Source: Lama guanicoe
Taxonomy: Eukaryota
NCBI GenBank assembly: GCA_013239625.1
Contig: MU053559.1
Span: 3,082,324-3,146,323, forward strand
DNA: 64,000 nucleotides
Direction: 5' to 3'
Shown piece after piece: positions 1 to 11,968 of the stretch (its first letter is position 1; every line of letters starts with the position of its first letter). The position numbers were made by a program, and so were the translations under genes. The notes below the pieces were generated by a model. That model worked only from the letters and a program-made list of their open reading frames with translations, did no database searches and had not been told where the DNA came from.

Positions 1-497
1 ATAAGCTTGGAAGGAAAAAAAATAAAAAGAATCAGCTGAGATATGAAGGACAGGGCAAGAACCTGGAGCAGAAGGTGGGAGAAGCAGAGGAAAAGAGGTG
101 GCAGAGCCTTGCTGGGGGTGATCAGAAAGAGGTGATCTTGTGGTGAGATGAGCTAGTGGGGAAGAGAAACATAGCAAGACAGATTGAATTTGCTCTGCTG
201 GGCGTGATGTAATCCCTTCCTACATCTACCTCAGAAAATCCAAGTTGCTTCTGAATGCTTTGGCCCAACTGAATTATCTCAGGAGAACTGAAATTGGTGT
301 GGACCCCTTGTGGAGGCTGCCAGAAGGGAGGCGACAGCCAACATCTTGGTGACCTAATGGGGAAAGGAGAGCTCAGGCTCATTTGAGCAGGGCTCTGGCC
401 CAGAAAGGCTGGCTGCCATGGGTAGCCCCTCCTGTTCTCGTACTGACTTGTTAGGGTATGATATTGCCCATTTTCCCTGAATAGCATGCAAAGGGTC

Positions 498-861
498 TGC
501 TATAGATGAAATGTTTGTGTCGTCTCCGAAGTCCTATGTTGAAACCTAACCCCTAAGGTGATGGTATTAGGAGGTGGGGCCTTTAGGGGTGATTAGGTCA
601 TGAGAGTGGAGCCCTCATGAATGAGTTTAGTGCCCTATACAGGAGACCCCAGAGAGCTTTCTGGATCCTTCACCCATGTTGAGGACACAGTGAGAATATC
701 GTTGTCTATGAATCAGGAAGCCGGTTCTCACCAGACACTGAATCTGCTGGCCCCTCGATATTGGACTTCCAGCCTCCAGAACTGTGAGAAATAAATGCCT
801 GTTGTTTATCAGCTACCCAGTCTGTGGTATTTTGTTATACCAGTCCGAACAGACTAAAATA
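498..861 (+). mobile_element. MaLR solo LTR (MLT1A/MLT1A0-like)
   Basis: Begins TGCTAT and contains the typical MLT1A body (gtgatggtattaggaggtggggccttt...ggacttccagcctccagaactgtgagaaataaa). 5-bp TSD gggtc at 493-497 and 862-866. Confidence 0.85.
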
Positions 862-2455
862 GGGTCTTATTTATTATTACAGTCTCTCATCAGTTTATTC
901 TAATGAGACACTCTACTGCCTAGAGCTCAGTAATTGCTTCAAGCAGTAGAGCCTTCCTTGGCCTGATAAAATAGTCATCATGTTCAGAGTCATTAGGATT
1001 GGGACTGAAGAAATCTAGAGCCTTTGCTTAACACTTTGACTTTGCAATTAAGGGTTTGATTTTGCACACTTAGGTAAATGGAAAAGCACTTTGAACTCAC
1101 TTTTGGATAATTAGCACAAAGAGAAAATGGCTTTGCAAGTCACAGTGTGGCATGGTTCAAACTGAGCAAATGAGAACAAAAATCAACACTTTGCTATTCA
1201 TACAAATGTCTGCCACAAAGAATTTTCATTTAATTTAAAGTGATAAATCTGGGTAATTATGTGATATGATTATTCATAAAACTGTTAATCAAACTCAGAT
1301 ATATTTTATAGCATCTCATACATAACTCTGCAACTGGAATATTTTAGGAGAATATATTATCTGAATTTTAAAATATCACTCCATTGTAACTATTTATCAG
1401 CAAAACGGAAAAATGTATCTTGGCTAGTTCTGTTTAGCCAATTATTGCAATGGAAAATGTTAGATGGTATCCAAGAAATACAACTATAAATAATACAATG
1501 TATATCTGCTTCCAATGGATAAACATCCAATGTAAATAAAGAAATATAAATTGGATCTAGAATGGATATAAAAAGTGCTTTAAAAGTAAAAGTTTGTCAC
1601 GGACAGATAAAAGACAAAAAGTCCTTTCTCTGTTTTTGTTATTTTTCTTAAAATAACAAAACGGTATCTGATGCTTTTACTAGCCAGTGTCTTATTCAGA
1701 CTTTTCCCATCTAAGATAGGGAGGTATACAAAAAAACAAAATTAAGATGGAGAGTTTGGAGGTGATTTAAATAGCTGGATGTGTTCTAAATAACAAAACA
1801 TGGTACCTAGTGCTAGTATGTTTGGAGGAATCCACAGATTGACTTTTAGACACGAAGCTTTGCTTATGCTCAACCTCATTAAATGAAATTAATTCTCATG
1901 TGATGTGGGGACCTTTGAAAAGTATATTCCCTTTTCAGTAGCATAGAAGCATTCATTTGTCTCACTTGGATTATCCATATTCTTTTTCAGTCAGCAGTTT
2001 CCAGCTCCCTTTAAAAAGTCATTTCATCCTTGGGTGGAAGTGTATTTCCAGATCTATTGGGCGCTTTTGATCCCTGTTGGCTCAGAGGGCTTCTTTGAAG
2101 ATCACAGTCAGTGAAAACATTTTTCTATTTTTGACAACAATTGAGAGAATTATGGGTAACTCTTAGAATCGGTAAACTAAGCAGTTCATTCTCAACTGGG
2201 CTTGTTCTCTGGCAGATTAGCGGATGGGTTGGCAGTCAAGATTCAGGGAGAATATCAAGGATTGAAAAAAATGGAAACTTAATTAACTTCATTTTCCTGT
2301 CCATGGACATTTAGGTTGTCTGCAGTTTTTCAATTATTATAAATAATGTTGCAACAACAGCCGTGGATGTTTCCTTGGGCCTATGTATAAAATGTTCTCT
2401 AGAATATATTCCCATAAGTAAAATTGCTGGGTCAAAGTATATATATACATCTTCA

Positions 2456-2670
2456 ATTTTTTTTCTATTTCTATCTTATTTTTTTATTGAAGTACAGTCA
2501 ATTACAATGTGTCTATTTCTGGTGAACAGCACAATGTCCCAGTCATGCCTATACATACATATATTCGTTTTTTATTGTTTCTAAGAATAGATTAGATCTT
2601 TAGCTTTTTAAACTTACATAGTTATCAAAGGAATAAAGCCAACTACAAAATAAGAATCAGCAGAATGCGG
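2456..2670 (-). mobile_element. Short 5'-truncated L1 3'-end insertion carrying a non-canonical cassette, nested in an older L1 fragment (~2290-3230)
   Basis: Poly-T followed by the L1 terminus attgaagtacagtcaattacaatg. TSD tacatcttca at 2446-2455 and 2671-2680. Confidence 0.8.
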
Positions 2671-3237
2671 TACATCTTCAGTTTTACTAGATATTATCAC
2701 ATTGCTCTCCAAAATGCCCGTACCACTTTATACTCCCATCAGCAGGACATGAGAGTTTTGTTACTCTACATCCTAAGTCAGTATTATCTGAAGTTTTAAT
2801 TTTTTTTGGTCCATTGGAGATAAAGTTGCATTTCATTACCATTTGTAGTTCTCTGATGAATAGTCATATTGGACATCTTTTCACATATTTGTTATCTTTT
2901 CAGCTTCCCCTTCTGTGAGTTACCAATTCATATTCTGTTGGCTTGTTTTTTGTTTTTCCCTGTTGATTTGTAGGAGCTTCTTTAAAAATTTGCTTTGTAA
3001 TTTTATGTCTTGAAAATAGTATCTCCTAGTCCGTAGATTTTCTTTGCACTTTATCACTTGGTACATTTTATAGTTCCGAAGTATGTAATTTTAATATAGT
3101 TGAATTTATTAATCTTGCCTTTTGTATGTTAAGAAATCCTTCCCTATACCATGGCCACAAATATATTTTTCTAAATTCAGTTCAAAAATTTGTAAAGTTT
3201 TATTTTTCACAACTGGAATATTTTTTGGATTGATTGT

Positions 3238-3838
3238 GTGTTTGAGTTCTCTACTGCTGTGTAACAAGTTACTGCCAGCCTAGCAGCTTCAAATAGCACA
3301 GATTTATCAGCTCAGAGTTCTCTAGGTCAAAAGTCTGGTACAAAATAGCTGCATTCTCTGCTAAGGATCTTATAAGGTTGAAATCTCGTTGCTGACTGTC
3401 TGTGTGCTCATCTGGAACTTGGGGTCCTCTTGAAAGCTAACATGGTTGTGGCAGAATGTTGTAACTTGCAGCTGTAGGACTGAGGTCTCCATTTCCTTGC
3501 TGGCTGTTAGACAGAGGCTGCTCTCGGCTACTCTCAAAAGCCATCTTCAAAGAATCTCCCTTGGATGGAATCCCTCTCATGCTTCACATCTCTCTGACTG
3601 AGAATTTTTTCTTCAAGAAGAGTCCTACCCCTTTTAATGAAGGTCTCAACTGATTAGGTCAGGCCCACCCAGGACAATCTCCCTATCTTAAGGTCAACTG
3701 ATTTGGGATCTTAATTACATCTATAAAACTCCTAAACAGCACTGCCTTGGTTAGTGTTTGATTAAATAATGAGGAAAAGGTGTCTGTGTACCATGGGCCT
3801 GTAATCTTGGGGGCTATCTTAAAATTCTGTCCACCACA
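3238..3838 (-). mobile_element. MaLR LTR (MLT1 family)
   Basis: Recalled MLT1 motifs: actgctgtgtaacaagttac, gattaggtcaggcccacccaggacaatctccc, and the end attctgtccaccaca. Confidence 0.75.
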
Positions 3839-4129
3839 TGATATAAAGTAAGGCCATATATTTTTACATATGGATCACTGCTTTATATTCATTTTGGAAA
3901 ATTTTAAACATATACAAAAGAAGGGAAAATAATTCCATGAACCCTGATGTTTCCAGTACCCAGCATCTGTGATTCCACTTGGCTAAACTTGTTCCACCTA
4001 TCTCTTGACTCCCTTCTCCCCACAACCCCCCACCCCAGATTATTTTTCAAGAAATCCATGACATACTAGTTCATCTGTCAGTCTTTCCATATGTATCTTT
4101 AAGGACAAAGACTTCTTTTCTTTCTAATT

Positions 4130-4775
4130 TGAACTAGCCAAACTTGAGGGTAAAGGCACCATCCTCCAGACTGCCAAATCTGCCCAAGACTTCTGACTCC
4201 AACTGCAAAACCACTCTCAGGTTTGAGAATTTGTTAGAAAGACGCACAGAACTCACAGAAACCTGTTATATTCACATTCACTTTTATTACAGGCAAAGGA
4301 TGCAAATTAGAAGATACACATAGGGCAGAATCTTGGACTGGGAGGGTTCCAAATGTAAAGCTTCCATGTTCCCAGGGGTACGTTACCTTCCTGGCATTGC
4401 TATGTGGCAATACGTGCCTGGTGTATTGCCAACCCAGGAAGCTCACCCAAGCTTTGGTGTCCAGACTTTTAATTGGGATTTCATTATGTAGGCATGATTG
4501 ATTGAATCATCACCTGTGTGGTTGAACTAACTATCCCGCCCCCTTCTGCTTCCAGAGGTCAGGCTGATACCATGAGGCTCACAGCCTCAACCCTCTAATC
4601 ACATGGTTGGTCTTTCTGGCATGGCCAGCCCCTACCCTGAGTCACCTCATTGACATATACTATCAGGCTGGGTCTAAAGGACCACCATGAATAATAAAGA
4701 CACTCCTGTCACTCAGGAAATTTCAAGGGTTTAGAGGTTCCTTCCCAGGAACTGGTTACAAAAGCCAGCTAAATC
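4130..4775 (-). mobile_element. MER21-like LTR
   Basis: Recalled MER21 motifs: accactctcaggtttgagaatttgttagaaagac...cacagaactcac and ctctaatcacatggttggtctttctgg. Confidence 0.65.
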
Positions 4776-5383
4776 CTTCCTCCCTCCCTCCCTGCCTTCC
4801 TCCCTTCCTGTCTTTCTAACCATAATGCCATTATCACACCCCAAAAATTAAGACTATTCCTCTTTTCATCAAATATCCAATAAATGTTATAATTTTCCCA
4901 CTGTCTCATTAAAAAAAGAGTTGATTTCTACAAATCAGTGTCCTAACAAGCTTCACACAATGTAATCAGTTAACATGTATCTTAAATTTCTTTTACCTTA
5001 GAGGTTCCCCTTCCCTCTTTTTCCACCCTCCCTGTAATTTATTTGTGGAAGAGAATGAGTCATGTGGTCTTCAGAGGGTACCACATTGTGGATTTTACAT
5101 AAATTACATCATCATAAAATTCACCCAGGTACTGTTTACGCTTGACATATTTGAATTCACTTAGCTAGAGCAGACAGTTCAAAGACACTTTATGGTACAG
5201 ATTTCACTGGCACAAGTAAGCATTCTAAAGACCTTTGTGGAACAGTCACTACCTTAGTGAATAGCTTGGTGGCTTGGGAACTCTGAAATATCTGTCCTTG
5301 ATTCATTCTCCAAGCTTAACTGCATGTTCCCCACATATATATACTCCAGTGCTTGGAAAACTCTAGGACTTCAAGGCTATGTC

Positions 5384-5584
5384 TTTTTCTTTTTCTTTTT
5401 TTTTATGTTTGTTTCTAAATTTTTAAAAATTTATTTTTAAAAAAATTTTTGGGGAGGGAGAGGTAATCAGGTTTATTTATTTATTTATTTATTTATTCAT
5501 TTATTTTAATGGAGGTACTGGAGATTGAACTCACGACCTCATGCATGCTAAGTACATGTGTTACCACTGAGCTATACGCTCCCC
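5384..5584 (-). mobile_element. tRNA-derived SINE (camelid vic-1-like)
   Basis: Reverse strand reads ggggagcgtatagctcagtggtaacac...gagttcaatctccagtacctcc followed by an A-rich bipartite tail. Flanked by the repeat cttcaaggc. Confidence 0.85.
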
Positions 5585-6569
5585 CTTCAAGGCCTGTTTC
5601 TATATGACAGATACTTCATAGAGGTCTGTTCCTATAGCCCTGCCTCAGAGGACTTCTAAGAATAAAACAAACTAGCATCTTTATCTGTGACTTGGAACCC
5701 TTCATGACCTCTGCCCATAAAGAGATGAAGATTTGACCAACAAGGGTTTTGGAGCCCTGAGGTCCACCTGGATAAACTCTGGGGAAAAACAAAACAAAAC
5801 AAAACTGGATTGGGAATCGAGTTTTCTGGGCCCAGCTGATCTTAAAGTCAGGATGGCACAGATTGACAGAATTCAACTGGAAAAAGCTCAACTAAATAAA
5901 AGTGGCTCTGTCTGAAAAAGAGATGTGTCTTTTTACAAAGGTCTTTTGAGAAGTGCTCAGAGGGCTGAAATGGAGGCTGTGAGTGAGTGAATTCTGCTCT
6001 ACTCTCAAGGCCCTGGAATTATGTCTTCCTATAATGTGACATGCCAGGAACAGTCCTATTCTATCCAATCTGTTTTAAAGGTAATGATAAAAGCTGAGCC
6101 CAACATAAGTGCCTTTAAAGAGTCTATTACAATTATCTCGAGATTGATGGATCTACAAGTCTTTAAAAGAGCTTCATTGTCATGTTCAGAGGAGAAATTG
6201 GCCCCCTGCAATGAGTATGTATTAAGTGCTCTGAATATATTTTCAGAGACAAAGCTACTTCTCTCAGTGGTGGCTTTAGTCCAGGTTTTTGTCCTGCTGA
6301 ACAGACCATCTGAGCATGGGATGGCTACCACGACCATCCCATAGGTCCTCTTGTAGCCAGAAGAAGCCCCTGGCCTATGGGACTCCATGAGGGACTCTGA
6401 CCAAATGCCAAGGTGTTTGGCAGATTTAAAATGTGGTTGTATACACTAGTCTGCCACAATGCTGGAACTCAGAAACACATATACCCCCCATATTCCAAAC
6501 CCAGAACGCTCTCCATCCCAAGATCTGTCTCTCCATTAACTGTCCGGCACATAACTCTGAAGCCCAGGA

Positions 6570-9297
6570 GCAACTTGGGAGTTCCTTTTGAGGAGCACGG
6601 GCTGCTAACCACCGTGAGTTTCAGGGACAAGGTCAGTACCTTTGTTCCTCCCTGCCTCCCATCACTAGAATCTCCACTTGGACCACCAAGGCCAGCTTCT
6701 GAGGAACAGAGGTTTGTTCACTGTGGGCTTCGGACCTGTCCATGGAGGCTGTCCCGTGCAGGGAGGCTCTACCATGGGGGCAAGTTTTTGGAAGGAATTG
6801 AAGCTCTAGATGGTTGTTCTTCCAGAGGAGAGCTGCTAGAAGAAAGCCCATGTTGGGAGCTGGAACCAGCGAGGGGAGATTTGTAAGACAGCCCTGGAGA
6901 GTTGGCCGAATGTCATTTTGCCTTGTGGCTCAAGTGTGGGATGGAGCTGGGTTCTTATGAATCGCTGCTGGAGAAGGAAGTGCCTCCTGAAGAGGCTACT
7001 GTGGAGGCATGGATGCTGAAGGAAGAAGACTTGGCAAGGTTGTTGCCAGATGGAATTAGGTGGGGTGTGGGAGCAAAGCTTTGTGCTATTCAATGAACAT
7101 GTACAAAATTGACTTGGGTCCGCAATTTAGACTGCTGTTCTTCTGGAAAGCTTTGCTGAGGGGAGCCTGGCAAGAGAGCTCTTTGTAGCCAGAACTCTTG
7201 GGATTTTTCTCCTCAGGCTGCTCCAGTACCACTGCCCATTCAGCCAGAAAATTGAGGGGATGATTACAGAGTGCTGGAGAGTGATGGTCCAGAGAGTTGG
7301 GCTTTGGAAAATTCCTTTTTTCCTTTTGTATATAAAGACCTGTGACCTTGATGCAAAGCCACAGGACTGCCAATTTGGGCTGATAGGATGAGAACCTTTT
7401 CAGGAGACTTATTCTGTGTTTCCTTCACCTTGACCTTGAAGGAGCCATTACTTTCATCTCGGGCACGATCGATGTCAGGGACCCGTGGTGTGGTTCACTC
7501 TCCTTACACAGAGACCTGGCCTGCACCCAGCCCTGGGGCCAGAGAGTTTGGACTTCAGCATCCAGAAGAGCTTTCATGAAGTCCTCCCTGGACTGGCTCT
7601 TGGTCCTTTCCAGATCATAGCCCTCTGGTTCTGTCTTCACCACCTACAGCACACCTTCCTAATTTCAGCATTCCATTGGAATTTCTTCTGGGCTCCGTTC
7701 CCCTTTTCTTCTTCCTTACCAGAACAAATCTGTTCTCTCGGCTGCTTGTCTTTTACCCCTTCCAGCATCTCTGCAGTCTTTGCTTGTGTGTGTACCTGGC
7801 AATCATCCTGGTACTGGGCCATCTGCTCTGGTGTTGCCCTGCCAATAGCTTCCTTAAGTTTCTATAGAGGCTCCTCCAGATGCACCCCTCCCCCCAGTTC
7901 CCAGAGATGAAGTTCTGGGGGCAAGTGGGGCCAGGATGTCTCTGCTGCAGGGCAGGGATGAAGTCAGATGGCTGTGCACCTCAGAGCAGATCTGGCTGTT
8001 TGGCTTCCAGATTTGCACCTCCATGCTCAGTAGGATCCCAGAGATATCCTCGGTGGAGAACTTCCATTTACACTGTCCTTCAGCAGTTCTGGAAGTCTGA
8101 ACGAGCTCCTTAAGGCACTTCTTCAAGGGCACTGGTGAGCCTTTGGGGAGGGATAAAAACCATGTGAACTCCTTGTCCAATCCCACCCCATGGGAATCTT
8201 TCATCATCCATATCACAGAAGGGGCTTCCTTCTGGAGATGCACTGAGCAGCTTCTTCCAGTCCAAATCAGTCAGGGAGACCATAACAGTGACCTCCTGGA
8301 GCACACTGTCAGGAGCAGAGCAGAAGATTGAGAGCGAAGGGTGCTCCCCCATTCCCACAGGCTTATGATCCTTGTGCCTGTTTTTCTTGGGTCGGTTTCT
8401 CATCCTGAAATTTCTTTAACATCCCTTTATCATTTAGAGCCTCAAGCGCATTTCTTATTCTTTTTCTCATTACCAGCCTGGAGAGCTGTGAAGCCCATTT
8501 GGGACAATCTGGGCTTTGTTGATTTCTTCTCCCTGTTGCAAGTGTCATCATTTTTCTTTTTTCTCTTCTCACTACCTTCTTTCAACTTCTTCTACTTTGG
8601 TGATTTTTCCTCTTTTCTTTAGTGGAGTCATTGTCAGATTCTGTTTTCTTTTTAAACTGAAGTATAGTTGATTTACAAATGTGTTAATTTCTGGTGTACA
8701 GTATAGTGATTTAGTTATACATATATATGTATATATTCCTTTTCATATTCTTTTTCATTATAGGCTATTACAAGGCATTGAATATAGTTCCCTGTGCTAT
8801 ACAGTAGGACCTCGTTGTTTATCTTGTCAGATTCTGATGTTTATTGTAACTGTAGGGTTCTCAGGTTAATGTCACATCCTCTGTGCTTTGTGGTCAGAGA
8901 AGCAGGAAGAAACTCATCATATACTTCAACAAGTCCAGATCTGTTGATGGAAGAATCAGATTCTTCATACACATCTCCCATCTCAATCAAGCCTCAGATT
9001 CGGTCTTTTCTATGATTCTTTCCACCCTTGTTTCCAGGCTGAAGACCTCCTACTTTGTCCTGTGAACTCTTCATCAGCTCTGGATAGAACTCTGGGCAGC
9101 GCTCCCTTTCTGGGTCAACAGAACAGTTGCTGCAACCAGCTTAGTATCTCAATGCTGTTCTATTCTCTCAATCTCCTCTTGCCTGGATTTCTTTAAAAAC
9201 ATGGGATTTGGAGGGCCTGGGAGAGAGGGGAACTGGATCCTGTGTGACATGACTACAAACAAGTCTTGATCGTTGTTACCATTGGCTTCTCTGTCAC
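6570..9297 (-). pseudogene. UBN1: Processed pseudogene of ubinuclein-1 (HIRA-complex H3.3 chaperone subunit)
   Basis: Minus-strand translation from the ATG at 9250 gives [152 protein letters not shown] and GGPSGDSS. These are collinear with recalled UBN1. No introns; multiple stops (first at 9149-9151) and frameshifts. The 3' boundary is uncertain and no poly-A tail was seen. Confidence 0.93.
8644..8823 (-). mobile_element. Short L1 3'-end insertion interrupting the UBN1 retrocopy
   Basis: L1 terminus (gaagtatagttgatttacaa...gaatatagttccctgtgctatacagtagg). Perfect 13-bp TSD ttgtcagattctg at 8631-8643 and 8824-8836. Removing it restores the S-E-S-D-N-D reading. Confidence 0.92.
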
Positions 9298-9584
9298 AAG
9301 TACCATAGCACTGGGGGCTGCAAATATTCTCTGGCTGGCAGTAGGATGAAATGCACTAGCCCTAGTTAGTAACTGGGTCCTGAAGCAAGTCTACCAGTGG
9401 TGGCTCATGAAGTTCCACCATCCATGTCCACAGATCAAAAGGCTCTCATAAGAGTTGGAACAGAGAGGGAAAGTCCCAACTCAAGATCTGTAGAGCATCT
9501 CAGGAGACAGAGAGGTGGTTTTTGAAAACAAGTCATTAAAAAAGAGCACTCACTTAAAACTCAACAATAAAAAAAAAAAAAAAA

Positions 9585-10952
9585 ACCCAGTGGAACAGGA
9601 TCGAGAGCCCAGAAATAAACCCACACACTTACGGTCAATTAATCCATGACAAAGGAGGTAAGAATATACAATGGAGAAAAGACTCTTCAGCAAGTGATGC
9701 TGGGAAAACTGGACAGTTACATGTAAAAGAGTGAAATTAGAAGATTCTTGGATACCATATACAAAAATAAACTCAAAATGGACTAAAGACCTAAATGTAA
9801 TGGATACTGTAAAACTCCTAGAGGCAAACATAGGCAGTACACTCTTTGACAAAAATCGCAGCAATTTTTTTTGGATTCGTCTCCTAAAGTAAAGAATATT
9901 AAAGCAAAAATAAACAAATGGGACCTAATTAAACTTAAAAGTTTTTACACAGCAAAAGAAAAACCATCAACAAAATGAAAAGACAACCTACTGAATGGGA
10001 GATAATATTTGCAAATTATATGACAAATAAGGGATTAATATCCAACATATATAAACAGCACATACAATTCAACATCAAAAAAACAAACAACCCAATTAAA
10101 AAATGGGCAGAAGACTTTAATAGACATTTTTCCAAAGAGAAAATGCAGATGGCCAACAGGCACACGAAAAGATGCATAATATCACTAATCATTAGGGAAA
10201 TGCAAATCAAAACCACAATGAGATATCACTTCACACCCGTCAGAATGGCTATCATCAAAAAGACCACAAATAACAAATGTTGGTAGGAAGTGGAGAAGAG
10301 AACCCTTGTACACTGTTGGTGAGACTCTAAATTGGTACAGCCATTGGGGAAAACAGCATGGAGGTTTTTCAAAAAACTAAAAACAGAACTTCCATATGAC
10401 CCAGCAATTCCACTCTTGGGTATACACCCGAAAAAACCAAAAACACTAATTCAAAAAGATACATGTACCCCAATGTTCATAGCAGCATTATTTGCAGTTG
10501 CCAAGCTATGGAAGCAACCTAAGTGTCCATCAACAGATGAATGGATAAAGAAGATGTGGTATAGATATACAATGGAATACTACCCAGCCATAAAAGGACA
10601 AAAATTTGTCATTTGCAGCAACATAGTTGGGCTTGGAAGACATTATGCTAAGTGGAGTAAGTCAGACAGAGAAAGACAAACATTGTATGATATCACTTAT
10701 ATGTGAAATCTGAAAAATACAACAAACTAGTGAGTATAACAAAAAAGAAGCAGACACAGATATAGAGAAGAAGCTAGTGGTTACTACTTGTAGAGGGGCA
10801 CAATATAGGGGTAGGGTAGTGGGTGGTACAAACTATTGTGTGTAAGATAGGCTACAGGAATATATTGTACAACATGAGGAGTATGGCCAATAATTTGTAA
10901 AAACTGTAAATGCAGTGTAATCTCTAAAAATTGCATACAAAATTAAAAAAAA
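9585..10952 (+). mobile_element. 5'-truncated L1 (end of ORF2 plus 3' UTR), inserted into an older L1
   Basis: ORF fragments KRQPTEWE...[14 protein letters not shown] and [13 protein letters not shown]...TCTPMFIAALF...WKQPKCPSTDEWIKKMWY match the L1 ORF2 C-terminus. A-rich tail near 10945. Confidence 0.92.
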
Positions 10953-10959
10953 ATTTATA

Positions 10960-11968
10960 GAGCAAACAACCTAATTAGGAAATGAAAAAATATCTGAAAA
11001 ATGTCTGAACAGACACTTCACCAAAGAAGTTATACAGATGGCAAGTAAGCATGTGAAAAGATGCTTCACATCATACGTCATTAAGGAATTGCAAAGGAAA
11101 ACAACAAGATCCCCCTATTAGAATGGCCAAAATTCAGAACACTGACAGCATCAAATGCTAGAGAAGAGGTGCAGCAACAGGAACGCTCCTTCATTGCTCA
11201 TGGGAATGCAAAATGGTACAGACAGTTGGAAGACAGTTTGACAGTTTCTTATGAAGCTAAACATACTTTTACCATACAATCCAGCAATCGTGCTCCTTGG
11301 TATTTACCCAAAGGAGTTGAAAACTTACCTTCACACGAAACCCTGGATGTTTATTGCAGCTTTGTTCATAATTGTTGAAACTTGGAAGCAAGCAGAATGT
11401 CCTTCAGTGGGTGAATAGAATATTACTCAGTGCTAAAAAAGAAATGACCTATCAAACCATGATGAAACGTGGAGGAATCTTAAATGCACATTGCCAAGTG
11501 AAAGGAGCCAATCTGAAAAGGCTACATACTGTGTGATTTCAACTATATGATCTTCTAGAAAAGGTAAAAGTAGGGAGACTGAAAAGATTGGTGGCTGCTA
11601 AGGGTTGGGGAAGAAGAGGGAGGGATGAATGGGTGGAACACAGAGGATTTGGGGGCAGTGAAACTATCTGGTAAGATACAGTAATGGTAGATACATGTTA
11701 TTATACATTTGTCATAATCCGTAGAATATGCAACCACCAAGAATGAACAACTGTAATGTAAACTATGGACTTCAGTTAATAATAATGTATCAATATTCAT
11801 TCATCAATTGTAACAAATGTACCAAACTAATACATGATGTAAATAATAAGGGAAACTGGGTTGTTGGGGGAGAAGACACATTTGGGAGCTCTGTACTTTC
11901 TGATCACTTTTTCTGTAAACCTAAACTGTTCTAAAAATAGTCTGTTAATTAAAAAACAAAACAAAACA
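10960..11968 (+). mobile_element. Older L1 (L1MC/L1MD-like) 3' portion, continuing from ~9540-9580
   Basis: Degenerate ORF2 end (agacacttcaccaaagaag...catacaatccagcaatc) and an old 3' UTR (gtaaactatggacttcagttaataata). Confidence 0.8.

Noticed and set aside
5785..5805. (AAAAC)n tract as the UBN1 retrocopy poly-A tail
   Set aside because: Wrong strand: a minus-strand retrocopy would leave a T-rich tract on the plus strand.
6021..8622. Dense overlapping ORFs on both strands
   Set aside because: Explained by the decayed UBN1 coding sequence on the minus strand. No continuous frame and no splice structure.
9975..10706. Two ORFs with clear protein similarity
   Set aside because: Broken L1 ORF2 C-terminus in a 5'-truncated element, not a host gene or an active L1.
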